From the NCBI GenBank assembly GCA_040389905.1, contig JAZJZK010000008.1:215122-279121 (forward strand): a stretch of DNA of 64,000 bases, written 5' to 3'. Shown here one piece after another: positions 9,723-18,572 of this stretch (the first letter of the stretch is position 1; each line of letters begins with the position of its first letter). The stretch comes from Gemmatimonadota bacterium. GTDB lineage: Bacteria; Gemmatimonadota; Gemmatimonadetes; Gemmatimonadales; Gemmatimonadaceae. Both the position numbers and the translations under genes were made by a program. The notes beneath the pieces are model-generated. The model searched no databases. It saw only the letters and a list, made by a program, of their open reading frames with translations, and was not told where the DNA came from.

Positions 9723-10661
9723 TCAGCCCAACCTCGCGCGCACCTGGAGAATGGCATCCCGATACTGTCGCTCCAGCGCGACGCACTCGCCCAACTCCGC
9801 CTCGATGTGTTCCGCGGCTTGATGGTGTTGCCCGAAGCGCACCAGCGCCTGACGCGCCAGGTCGTCGCGACCCTCTTTCACAGCCAGCATGGCGCGACGT
9901 TCCCAATCCTCGGACGCCTTCCGCTCCGTCGCGACGGTCCGCCGCAGCTCCTCGATGTGCGGTTGCAATTCGGTCGCTTCTCGCTCGAGCACAGGCAGCA
10001 TCGCCGCGGGATTAACGCATTGTTCGATGCGTGCGAGCAGTGCGCGTTCATCCGTGCTCGCCTTTGAATTCAGCGCATCGTCGAGCGCTGCGAGCGCCGC
10101 ACTCGAGTAGAGCTCGGCCTCACGCATCACCTCGATGCTATCGGTGCGATGGCGCTCGCGTCGCGTCTCGGGGTCCGTTGGATCGTCGTCGTTCGCGTCG
10201 CCCTCGTTCGCGTCGCCCTCGTGCTCGCGAATGAAGGTTTCGACTTCCCACGGCATGTCGCCGACGCGGTCCGCAGCGCCAGCAGCCATCTCCCTGGCGA
10301 GACGTCCCAGACCAGCGAGTTGTCGTCCGTCCAATTCCTGCGACGCACGCCGAATATCCCGCACGAATTCGAGGGTTGCGTGCCAGGTGGCAGACTCGAA
10401 CCCCATGCCGCCGGATGGTGGCCGCGCCGCTCTCGGCGCGCGGAACCACGCGTCCGTGACGAGACGACGTTCCTCCTCCCAACGAGCACGATAGCGAGCG
10501 GAGTGTTCGGGCCAGCAGGCCGCACAGAAGCGATGCGTTTCTGTCGGTGCACCCGACTGGTCCGTGCGCATCGCGCGACCGACGGTGCCCTGAGCGCCGC
10601 AGGCCTCGCAGACTTCATTGGGCTCTTGTGGTGGGAGTCCGGTTCCAACCATGCACACCAT
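9723..10661 (-). CDS. Hypothetical protein: N-terminal CxxC...CxxC motif and C-terminal PspA/IM30-like helical segment
   Basis: CEACG...FCAAC; C-terminal EDWERRAMLAVKEGRDDLARQAL resembles the conserved PspA motif; start uncertain (10661 or 10652). Confidence 0.6.
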   Translation of the reverse strand: MVCMVGTGLPPQEPNEVCEACGAQGTVGRAMRTDQSGAPTETHRFCAACWPEHSARYRARWEEERRLVTDAWFRAPRAARPPSGGMGFESATWHATLEFVRDIRRASQELDGRQLAGLGRLAREMAAGAADRVGDMPWEVETFIREHEGDANEGDANDDDPTDPETRRERHRTDSIEVMREAELYSSAALAALDDALNSKASTDERALLARIEQCVNPAAMLPVLEREATELQPHIEELRRTVATERKASEDWERRAMLAVKEGRDDLARQALVRFGQHHQAAEHIEAELGECVALERQYRDAILQVRARLG

Positions 10662-10678
10662 GGCGCTGGAGCGATGTA

Positions 10679-11230
10679 TCACTCGCGCACGAACTCCAAC
10701 GCGATCGAGTCCCCCGCGGTAAGCGCATGCCACCGCTTGAACAACCCATCTCGGGTATTCCGGACGCGTGCGATCTCTTCCTCCGTCAACTGCGGCGGCG
10801 GGATCTTGTCAGCGTACTTGCCCGCCGACACGAACACACGTGCGTGCGCGTTGAATTCCTCGACACTCCAATGCGCAAAATTCCGGCGCTCCGCGTCGAA
10901 GAACCCGACGATGAGTTCCACCTGCATCGCGTCGACCGGAATGGGGCCCTTCGGCCACGGCGACGCAAAGTCCGTGATCTCCCACCCGTCGGCCACGAGA
11001 CCATAGAAGCCCTGACGAAAGCCGAGCTCCGTTTCCACGGCGAAGTGCGTAAGATCATGCGGCGGAAAGAATGTGCCGAGCTGGCCGTTCTGCCGTTGCC
11101 ACGTCACCGAGCCATCCGCGCGCGTGAGCGTGAGCGACGCCGCACCGTCGGTGTGGCGTTTCAGGCGAATGGTGAGATCGGGGGCGACTTTCGTCGCGCC
11201 CCGCGGAGCGGCCTTGGGCTTCATGGGCAT
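10679..11230 (-). CDS. Hypothetical protein
   Basis: Protein-like composition; motif PHDLTHFAVETELG...GFYGLVADGW; co-oriented with the downstream gene. Confidence 0.75.
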   Translation of the reverse strand: MPMKPKAAPRGATKVAPDLTIRLKRHTDGAASLTLTRADGSVTWQRQNGQLGTFFPPHDLTHFAVETELGFRQGFYGLVADGWEITDFASPWPKGPIPVDAMQVELIVGFFDAERRNFAHWSVEEFNAHARVFVSAGKYADKIPPPQLTEEEIARVRNTRDGLFKRWHALTAGDSIALEFVRE

Positions 11231-11353
11231 CAGTCTTCGGATGATGTTTGAAGTCTAGCACCTATCGCCGACCATTGGCGAGCAGCGGGCGCGTGGGTCA
11301 TCGATCCTGCTATGGATCCTGCCGCTGGAGTTCTTGGCGCGGATCGCCGTGGA

Positions 11354-11444
11354 TGTCATCCCGAGCGAAGTCGAGGGATCTGCACGTTCAGTCTGGGGTT
11401 GAGGTGCAGACCCTCTCGACTCGCTGCGCTCGATCGGGGTGACA
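11354..11444. repeat. Family A repeat
   Basis: Nearly identical to 5361-5451, including the loop GTTCAGTCTGGGGTTGAG. Confidence 0.92.
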
Positions 11445-11485
11445 GGTCGTTGCGTGAACCACGCACTGTATGCAATTTAGTGCAC

Positions 11486-12277
11486 ATGACCATCAGCGAT
11501 CAACAGGAAATACCCTATTATCTCGCCACCGGACGCGAGATCGAGACCTTCACCACCTGCTTCACGCAGAAACTACCCGTCCTCCTCAAGGGCCCAACCG
11601 GGGTCGGCAAGAGCCGCTTCGTGCATCACATGGCCGCTCGGCTCGGGCGTCCGCTCATCACCGTTGCCTGCCACGACGATCTGTCGGCCAGCGACCTCAC
11701 CGGCCGCTATCTCATTCAGGGCAGTGAAACCGTCTGGACAGACGGGCCGCTCGCCCGCGCGGCCCGCATCGGCGCGATCTGCTATCTCGACGAGCTCGTC
11801 GAAGCGCGGCAGGACACCACCGTCGTCATTCACCCGCTCACCGACGATCGCCGAGTGTTACCGCTGGAAAAAACGGGCGAGTTGATTCACGCGGCGCCGG
11901 GCTTCCTGCTCGTGGCGTCGTACAACCCGGGCTACCAGCGCGCCATCAAGGATCTCAAGCCGAGTACTCGGCAGCGATTCGTGAATATCGAATTCGACTT
12001 TCCGTCGCCGGCGGCGGAAACGGAGATCGTGATGCACGAAGGTGGCGTCGACAAGCGCATCGCATCGACACTCGTGCGCATCGCGGAGAAGACCCGTCAT
12101 CTCCGTGACCAGGGGCTTCAGGAAGGTCCGGGCACGCGTGTGCTCGTCGCAGCGGCGCGGCTCATTGCCGGCGGGGTCCCACCGCGAGACGCATGTCACG
12201 CGGCGATCACCACGGCCCTGAGTGACGACGCCGATCTTCTCTCGGCAGTCGACGACGTCATCGCCGCGTTGCTCTAA
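11486..12277 (+). CDS. norQ: CbbQ/NirQ/NorQ-family AAA+ ATPase
   Basis: PYY N-terminus; LLKGPTGVGKSRF; CHDDLSASDLTGRY; CYLDELVEARQDTTVVIHPLTDDRR; SYNPGYQ..KDLKPSTRQRF. Confidence 0.9.
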   Translation: MTISDQQEIPYYLATGREIETFTTCFTQKLPVLLKGPTGVGKSRFVHHMAARLGRPLITVACHDDLSASDLTGRYLIQGSETVWTDGPLARAARIGAICYLDELVEARQDTTVVIHPLTDDRRVLPLEKTGELIHAAPGFLLVASYNPGYQRAIKDLKPSTRQRFVNIEFDFPSPAAETEIVMHEGGVDKRIASTLVRIAEKTRHLRDQGLQEGPGTRVLVAAARLIAGGVPPRDACHAAITTALSDDADLLSAVDDVIAALL

Positions 12278-12282
12278 CAGCA

Positions 12283-14343
12283 GTGGCACGCAAGCCAAGC
12301 CGGTTCTGGCACCCGGCGCGCCGCCTGTGCCTCCGCGCCGAGGAAGCCGTGCGCGCCCAAATCGCTCGACGCACACCGCCGAGCCTCGAAGATGTCCGTC
12401 CTCGCCTTCAGCACTACCTCAGGGCGATGTATGGCGAGGCGGTGACCATCGACTCGCTCGCGCCACCGAAGACGCCGAGTTGGACGGTGCGCGCCTTGCG
12501 GCAACTTGCGCTCGTGCGGGAACGCGGGGCATCGGAGAGCAGTGCGGACCGGATCGCGCTTCCGGCGACACTGCCCGCGCATCGCACCGACATCTCAGCA
12601 ATCGAGCAGTACCGGCTCATTGCCGTGCAGCACGCCGAACGCATACGTCGAGCGAGCGCGAAACATGCGCGCGACGTGACGTCGGATCTCGAACGAGATC
12701 TCTATCAACTCGCGGAGTCCGCTGCGATCGATGCACAAATCGTGGCGAGCCAGCCCGGACTCCGCGGCGCGCTCGACGCGGCCCGTGCGGAGGCGATTGC
12801 ACAACGTCCGAAGCCACGGTGGAGGACCGAGATCGAGGTGTGCGTCGAGGACATGGTGCGTCGGGCATGGCCTGCGCAGGGACTCGGTTCGAGTGAGGAA
12901 ACAAACCCCGCCGAGGTTCCGCTTGCCAATGACGCAGAGTCGAACGCGACGTGGGCTCGCCGAACGGCGGTGGCGCTCGAGGTGAAGTACGGAAGGAAAG
13001 CGGCGCGCAAATACCGTCGCGTGCCGGAGATGACGCTGTGGCAGACCGCGGTGCGGACCCATCTGCCGGAAGAGCAGCAACTCGCGCTCGAGACGGAAAC
13101 CCGCCAGGTCGAAAGCACGGCGTCGCCGGACATCAAGCGTCCGACCTCGAGTTCGTCCATGCCGGGCCCGCCGGAAGGACGTTCGTCGCAGGACAACCGA
13201 GGGAACGCGCCGGGGCCGGCAGAGACCGACAACGCGACGTCACGAGGGGAAGGCGATCGTCCGGACGGTCAGGGTGACGAGGGCGAGCAGAGCACCGAGC
13301 GGACACCGGAGGTGAGCGAGGACGAGGACAGCGGTGAGCAAAACGCTGGAGGTGTTCCCGCAAATGGTGCTGATGGTCGAGATACGCAATCAGGAGTCGG
13401 GCATTCGGGTCAGGTGGTGGACGACGCCCAGCTTGCCGAGGGAATACCATTCCCGTATCCCGAATGGGACTGTTACGCGCAGGGCTTTCGCGCTCCAGGA
13501 ACGGTCGTTCGCGTGATGCCGCCGCCGCTCGCGTCGGCCGAGTGGGCGACGACCACACTTCAGGGCCACGCGCGCGAGGTGCATCGCGCGCGGCGACAGT
13601 TCGAGCGGTTGCGATCGCAACGAGTGCGCTTGCGGCGACAGGTGCAAGGCGATGAGCTCGACATCGAGGCGTGCGTCGAGGCCATGGTCGATCGACGCAT
13701 GCACATCGCGCCGTCCGATCGTCTGTACTCGCTCGTGCGACCGGGGCGTCGCGAGCTTGCCATTACGCTGTTGATCGACATCAGTGGTTCGACGGGCGAT
13801 CCCGCGGCAGAAGACCGCCGCGTCATCGATGTCGAGCGGATTGCGGCACTCGTCGCGACTGCGGCGTTCGACGCATTGGGAGACGACTACTCCATTCTCG
13901 CATTCTCGAGTGCGGGTGCGTCGAATGTTCGCATGCATACGCTCAAGGACTTCGGCGAGCGGAACTCACCAGCGGTGCATCAGCGCATCAGCGCACTCGC
14001 GCCGCACGGCACCACTCGGCTCGGTGCCGCGGTGCGGCATGCGACGGCGCAGTTGGCGCGGCATCCTGCGCCGCACCGTCTCCTTCTTATCCTGTCCGAC
14101 GGCAAACCCTATGACTACGACTGGTACTTCGTGGACTATGCGGTGCAGGATTCGCGTCACGCGGTGCTCAGCGCGCGGTTGGAGGGGATTCATCCGTTTT
14201 GCATCACGGTGGATTCGTCGAGCGGAGACAAGTACCTCACGGAGATATTCGGATCGACTGGGTATCGCGTAGTGTCGCGGCCGTCGCAGTTGTCGCAGGC
14301 ATTGTTGCTTGCGGTGCAGCGGATGATTGGAGGGGCGGGCTGA
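12283..14343 (+). CDS. norD: NorD/CbbO-like VWA-domain protein
   Basis: YPEWD; GDELDIEACV; MIDAS LLIDISGST; TRLGAAVRHA; LLLILSDGKP; GIHPFCITVD; lies directly after the norQ-like gene. Confidence 0.85.
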   Translation: MARKPSRFWHPARRLCLRAEEAVRAQIARRTPPSLEDVRPRLQHYLRAMYGEAVTIDSLAPPKTPSWTVRALRQLALVRERGASESSADRIALPATLPAHRTDISAIEQYRLIAVQHAERIRRASAKHARDVTSDLERDLYQLAESAAIDAQIVASQPGLRGALDAARAEAIAQRPKPRWRTEIEVCVEDMVRRAWPAQGLGSSEETNPAEVPLANDAESNATWARRTAVALEVKYGRKAARKYRRVPEMTLWQTAVRTHLPEEQQLALETETRQVESTASPDIKRPTSSSSMPGPPEGRSSQDNRGNAPGPAETDNATSRGEGDRPDGQGDEGEQSTERTPEVSEDEDSGEQNAGGVPANGADGRDTQSGVGHSGQVVDDAQLAEGIPFPYPEWDCYAQGFRAPGTVVRVMPPPLASAEWATTTLQGHAREVHRARRQFERLRSQRVRLRRQVQGDELDIEACVEAMVDRRMHIAPSDRLYSLVRPGRRELAITLLIDISGSTGDPAAEDRRVIDVERIAALVATAAFDALGDDYSILAFSSAGASNVRMHTLKDFGERNSPAVHQRISALAPHGTTRLGAAVRHATAQLARHPAPHRLLLILSDGKPYDYDWYFVDYAVQDSRHAVLSARLEGIHPFCITVDSSSGDKYLTEIFGSTGYRVVSRPSQLSQALLLAVQRMIGGAG

Positions 14344-14380
14344 GGGGCGGCTCCCGGCGGAGACATTTCGCGACGGCTTA

Positions 14381-14673
14381 GGCGAGTGTCGGGGCGGTGC
14401 AGCTGTCTGTCGGGGCGGTACAGGCGATTGTCGGGGCGGTATTGGCGATTGTTGAGGCGTCACGGGCGGGTGTCCGGGCGGTACAGGCGATTGTCCGGAC
14501 GTTACAGGCGATTGTCCGGACGTTACGGTCGAGTGTCCGGACGATACGGGCGAGTGTCCGCGCGGCACGGTCGATTGTCCGGGTGGAAAGCTGTTTGTCC
14601 GGGCGGTATAAGAGATTGTCCGCGTGGTACAGGCGTCTGTCCGGGCGGTACGGGCGTCCGTCAGCGTGGAAAA
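14381..14673. repeat. Degenerate tandem array of 14 x 21-bp units (one unit is 20 bp)
   Basis: Consensus GGCGATTGTCCGGGCGGTACA; units start at 14381, 14402, 14423, 14444, 14465, 14486, 14507, 14528, 14549, 14570, 14590, 14611, 14632, 14653. Confidence 0.9.
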
Positions 14674-14813
14674 ACGGCGCCATCGCGGTACTGCTGGTCG
14701 TCGCGGTGACAATTGTGAAACACGCAAACCGTTCGAATTGATACCACGAAGATTGATGCTCTCTAGCTTGTGTCCATCCTGAAAGTGCCATTTCTGGAGC
14801 GCATTGCCAGGGA

Positions 14814-14902
14814 TGTCATCCCGAGCGAAGTCGAGGGATATGCACGTGCCGCCTGTGTCAAGGTGTAGGCCCCTCGACTCGCTGCCCTCGCTCGGGGTGA
14901 CA
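14814..14902. repeat. Family A repeat
   Basis: TGTCATCCCGAGCGAAGTCGAGGGATATGCAC...CCCCTCGACTCGCTGCCCTCGCTCGGGGTGACA. Confidence 0.88.
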
Positions 14903-15079
14903 GTCGTTCAATAGGCAGTGTCAGGACGCTAACTGAGCTAAGAGACGCAACGGCATTCTCGCGTCAACCATTGATTCAACCACTACTCCGGGCGGTGCGT
15001 CCGCCTTGCGGTGCGCTCGCCCTCAGCCATCTTCGCCGGACGGAAGGATCGGGTACGAACATTCCTCACCGAGATACAC

Positions 15080-15796
15080 ATGCAACAGCCGTTCATGAGC
15101 CAGATCGTCCTGTACGCCTTCAATTACCCTCCCGCGAACTGGCAACTCTGTAACGGCGATATTCTGGCCATCAGCCAGTACAGCCAGCTCTTCTCCCTTC
15201 TCGGCACGAAGTTCGGCGGTGATGGTCTCCGTAACTTCGCGCTGCCTGACTTCCGCGCGCTGGCACCGCCGGATCTGACGTATTGCATCGCGCTACAAGG
15301 CGCGTGGCCATCGCGCGACGGGGGGCTGCCTCATCAGGTTGCGGCCGAACTGTCACTCGCCGCCATGACCTTCACGCTTGGCGAGAATGCGGCATGCAAC
15401 GGCCAGTTGCTGTTTGTCGAGGAGTATCCGGAGCTCGCCGCCCTGCTCGGGACGCGTTTCGGCGGTGAGGGCACGGCGGGTTTTGGCGTACCGAACCTCA
15501 CGACGCTGGCGCCCAAAGGGTCCGCGTACAACATCGCGCTTTCGTCGCAGGCGAACACACTCGCGACGCCCTTCATCGGCGAGATACGTCTCTTTGCGAC
15601 GGTCGAGATTCCATCGGGATGGGAGGCGTGCGAGGGTCAGTCAGTGGCGATCACCTCCAATGAGAAGCTGTACTCGCTCATCGGCATAAAGTTTGGCGGC
15701 GACCAGACCAACTTCTTGCTCCCCAATCTTCAGGGGATCGCCGAGTGGGGCACGCAGTTCTGCATTGCGACGGCGGGAGATTTCCCGAACCGGTAG
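15080..15796 (+). CDS. Protein of three tandem phage tail-collar (microcystin-dependent-protein-like) domains
   Basis: Three copies of F.GEI....F...P.GW..CNG..L.I..Y..LFSLLGT.FGGDG..F.LP, each followed by a YCIA-like motif. Confidence 0.85.
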   Translation: MQQPFMSQIVLYAFNYPPANWQLCNGDILAISQYSQLFSLLGTKFGGDGLRNFALPDFRALAPPDLTYCIALQGAWPSRDGGLPHQVAAELSLAAMTFTLGENAACNGQLLFVEEYPELAALLGTRFGGEGTAGFGVPNLTTLAPKGSAYNIALSSQANTLATPFIGEIRLFATVEIPSGWEACEGQSVAITSNEKLYSLIGIKFGGDQTNFLLPNLQGIAEWGTQFCIATAGDFPNR

Positions 15797-16135
15797 TTAA
15801 GACAGCGCGTCGCGCCCGCCTGGCTATCAAGGCCCTACGCCATCGGCGTTGTCAGTGAAACAACGCGTGCGCTGCGAAGCTTCAATCCTGATCTCGGTCG
15901 CGAGCCTCACTCGACGTCCTTCGCTGTCACAGCGGCGCCGCGGCGTCGTCAGTTGCGAGATGGGAAAGGGTTGGGGCGACCCGTCGCGGCCTGTGGTAAG
16001 GTCTTGGCACTCACCGGATCGGCCTGCAAGTTGACACACGACCTCACGCACCCCAACCGCGGCCGCGTGCGCAGTGTACAGGATGCGAAGGCGAGGTCGT
16101 GGCGTTATTACCTATTTGAGAGACGACAGAACAGC

Positions 16136-16173
16136 AGGTGCAGGCCCTTCGCTCCGCTCAGGGCGACAAAACG
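16136..16173. repeat. Family A variant half-unit
   Basis: AGGTGCAGGCCCTTCGCTCCGCTCAGGGCGACAAAACG. Confidence 0.8.
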
Positions 16174-16271
16174 CGCGGCCAATTCATACACTTTTCACAC
16201 AACTATTCGATGAACGATTCAGGTGACGACCGGTGTCGAACCATTCTCATGAGCCCCGCGTAGACTAAAAA

Positions 16272-18572
16272 GTGCTCTCGCCGTCATCCGAATCCGTTTT
16301 CACCTTTCTGTTCAAATACCCGCTCCGCGTCTTCCAGCGCGGAGATTTTGTGTTGGCACCAGTCATCCCGGCCTGGCTGATCGTCCTCATCGCCATCGCC
16401 GGCATCGCACTGGTTGCCTTCACCTACAGCCGAGTCAAGGCGGTCACGACGCTCGACAAGGTCGTCCTCGCCGCCATACGCGTGGTCGCCATCATCGCGG
16501 TCCTCGGATGCCTCCTGAGGCCGACGATCGTCGTCGCCAGCGCGGTCGCACAGCGGAATGTGCTCGCGGTGGTCCTCGACGACTCCCGCAGCATGCGGCT
16601 CAAAGACATTGGCGACAGTTCGCGACTCGCCGCCGTTCAGGGTGTCTTTTCGGACTCCAGCGAGCTGATGAAGAAGCTCGGGACCAAGTTCGCCCTCCGC
16701 ACCTTTCGCTTCGCCGCTGACGCCGGGCCGTCGTCGGGAGCCAAGACATTGCTCGCCACCGGTGCCCGGTCGGACATCGCCGGCGCACTCGACGTCACAC
16801 GCGAAGACCTGGCCGGCATGCCGCTCGCCGGCGTCATTCTCGTGACCGACGGTGCCGACAACGGCGGCGGCGACCTCGGCGCGGCGATCCTCGCCCTCAA
16901 GGCGCGACGCGTTCCCGTCTATACCGTAGGAGTCGGCGAAGAGCGCTTCGAGCGCGACATCGCCATCGAGCGCGTCTCGGCCCCGGCGTCCGTGCTGGCC
17001 GGTTCGACCGTCCTGCTCGAAGCGGGAATCGGCGTCCGTGGCGCGCGCGGCGAGACGACCACGATCTCCGTCGAAGCGAACGGCCACATCGTGGCGACGG
17101 AAGAGGTGAAGCTCCCCGACGGTGGCGACGTCGCGCGCGTGCGGCTCCGCCTACCTCCTCAGCCGGCCGGAACCTACCAGTTGTCGGTCCGTGCGAAGCC
17201 GCTGCCGAACGAGCCCGTTACGGAGAACAACGAGTACCACACGGTGCTCGACGTCCGGCAGGGCCCGGTGCGCATCCTCTATCTGGAAGGCGAACTCCGT
17301 CCGGAATTCGCATTTCTGCGCCGAGCGGTCGCGGCAGATAGCAGTGTCGAGGTGGTCGGGCTGATGCGGAGCGCCGACAAGAAGTTCCTGCGACTCGGTG
17401 TACATGACTCGCTCGAGCTGATCAGCGGTTTCCCGACCAAGCGCGAAGAACTGTTCAAGTATCGCGCGATCATCCTCGGTAGCATCGAGTCGTCGTTCTT
17501 CAGCGGCGACCAGCTTCGCATGCTGGCGGAATTCGTCAGCCAGCGCGGTGGCAGCCTGCTGGCGCTCGGCGGCCGGTCGTCGCTGAGTGAAGGGGGCTTC
17601 GCGGATACGCCAGTCGCGGAAGTGTTGCCGGTCATTCTCTCGCGGCAGGGCCGTGATACCGGGTTGGCGCCGCTCGTGCTCAACGTACGCCCGACGACAA
17701 CCGGCGTCGGCCACGCGGCGTTGCAACTGCGTGGCAACGATGCGGCGAGCGCGGCGCGGTGGGATTCGCTACCGCCGTTGACGTCGGTGAACAACATCGG
17801 CGCCCTCCGCTCTGGCGCGACGACGCTGTTGACCGGGCGCGTCGGGAACAAAGCAGGCAACCTCGAAGTACCGCTACTGACCTACCAGCGCTACGGGCGC
17901 GGGATGGGTGCGGTGTTCGCGGTGCAGGATTCCTGGCTCTGGAAGATGCACGCGAGCATTCCCGTCGAGGACGCGACGTATGCGACGCTCTGGCGCCAGT
18001 TGCTCCGTTGGATGGTGGAAGGGGTGTCCGAGCAGGTGGACGTCGTGGCGATTCCGTCGCGCGTCGGGCCCGGAGAGCCGGTGACGCTGCGCGCGCACGT
18101 GGCGGATTCGACGTACCAGCCAGTGAATGGCTCGTCCGTCGTCGCGAAGGTGACGACTCCAACGGGGCGCATCGTCGAGGTGCCGCTCGAGTGGTCGCTG
18201 CGCGAAGACGGTTCGTACACCGGTCGCTTCGTCGCGGACGAAAAGGGAGTCTACGCGCTCTCTGCGGAGTCGCGTCGCGGTCGGGACACCACGCGCTCGA
18301 TCACCTCGTCGTTGCTCGCCGATGATCAAGGCGCCGACGTCGAGCAGGCCGAACAGCGGAAGCCGCTTCTCACGCGCATCGCGAAAGAGACGGGTGGCAA
18401 GTACTACCGCCTCGCCCAGTCCTCCGCGCTCGCGGATGATGTGATCTTCACGGAGTCGGGCGTCACGGTTCGTGAAGCGAAGGACATCTGGGACATGCCG
18501 ATCGTGTTCTTCATTCTCGCCACGTTGCTCGGCGCGGAGTGGGTGTACCGGCGGCGCAGGGGGCTGGCATGA
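16272..18572 (+). CDS. Membrane protein with VWA-like and glutamine amidotransferase-like domains (MoxR operon member)
   Basis: N-terminal TMs; VLDDSRSM and ILVTDG (MIDAS-like); EFVSQRGGSLLALGG; QRYGRG; LWRQLLRW; C-terminal TM AEWVYRRRRGL. Confidence 0.85.
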   Translation: MLSPSSESVFTFLFKYPLRVFQRGDFVLAPVIPAWLIVLIAIAGIALVAFTYSRVKAVTTLDKVVLAAIRVVAIIAVLGCLLRPTIVVASAVAQRNVLAVVLDDSRSMRLKDIGDSSRLAAVQGVFSDSSELMKKLGTKFALRTFRFAADAGPSSGAKTLLATGARSDIAGALDVTREDLAGMPLAGVILVTDGADNGGGDLGAAILALKARRVPVYTVGVGEERFERDIAIERVSAPASVLAGSTVLLEAGIGVRGARGETTTISVEANGHIVATEEVKLPDGGDVARVRLRLPPQPAGTYQLSVRAKPLPNEPVTENNEYHTVLDVRQGPVRILYLEGELRPEFAFLRRAVAADSSVEVVGLMRSADKKFLRLGVHDSLELISGFPTKREELFKYRAIILGSIESSFFSGDQLRMLAEFVSQRGGSLLALGGRSSLSEGGFADTPVAEVLPVILSRQGRDTGLAPLVLNVRPTTTGVGHAALQLRGNDAASAARWDSLPPLTSVNNIGALRSGATTLLTGRVGNKAGNLEVPLLTYQRYGRGMGAVFAVQDSWLWKMHASIPVEDATYATLWRQLLRWMVEGVSEQVDVVAIPSRVGPGEPVTLRAHVADSTYQPVNGSSVVAKVTTPTGRIVEVPLEWSLREDGSYTGRFVADEKGVYALSAESRRGRDTTRSITSSLLADDQGADVEQAEQRKPLLTRIAKETGGKYYRLAQSSALADDVIFTESGVTVREAKDIWDMPIVFFILATLLGAEWVYRRRRGLA

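Noticed and set aside
11445..11485. FNR/DNR box upstream of the norQ-like gene
   Set aside because: No TTGAT-N4-ATCAA match
14381..14673. CRISPR array
   Set aside because: Units are contiguous and degenerate with no unique spacers; no cas genes in the window
14715..14760. c-di-GMP-I riboswitch (GCAAACCGTTCGAA resembles its start)
   Set aside because: The downstream GGGACGCAAAGC element and second stem are missing
15080..15796. Prophage or contractile injection system
   Set aside because: No other phage structural, integrase, sheath or baseplate genes in the window
15797..16271. ncRNA or small gene in the 470-bp gap
   Set aside because: Short ORFs are not protein-like and no RNA motif was recognised apart from a repeat half-unit; an Rfam scan would be needed
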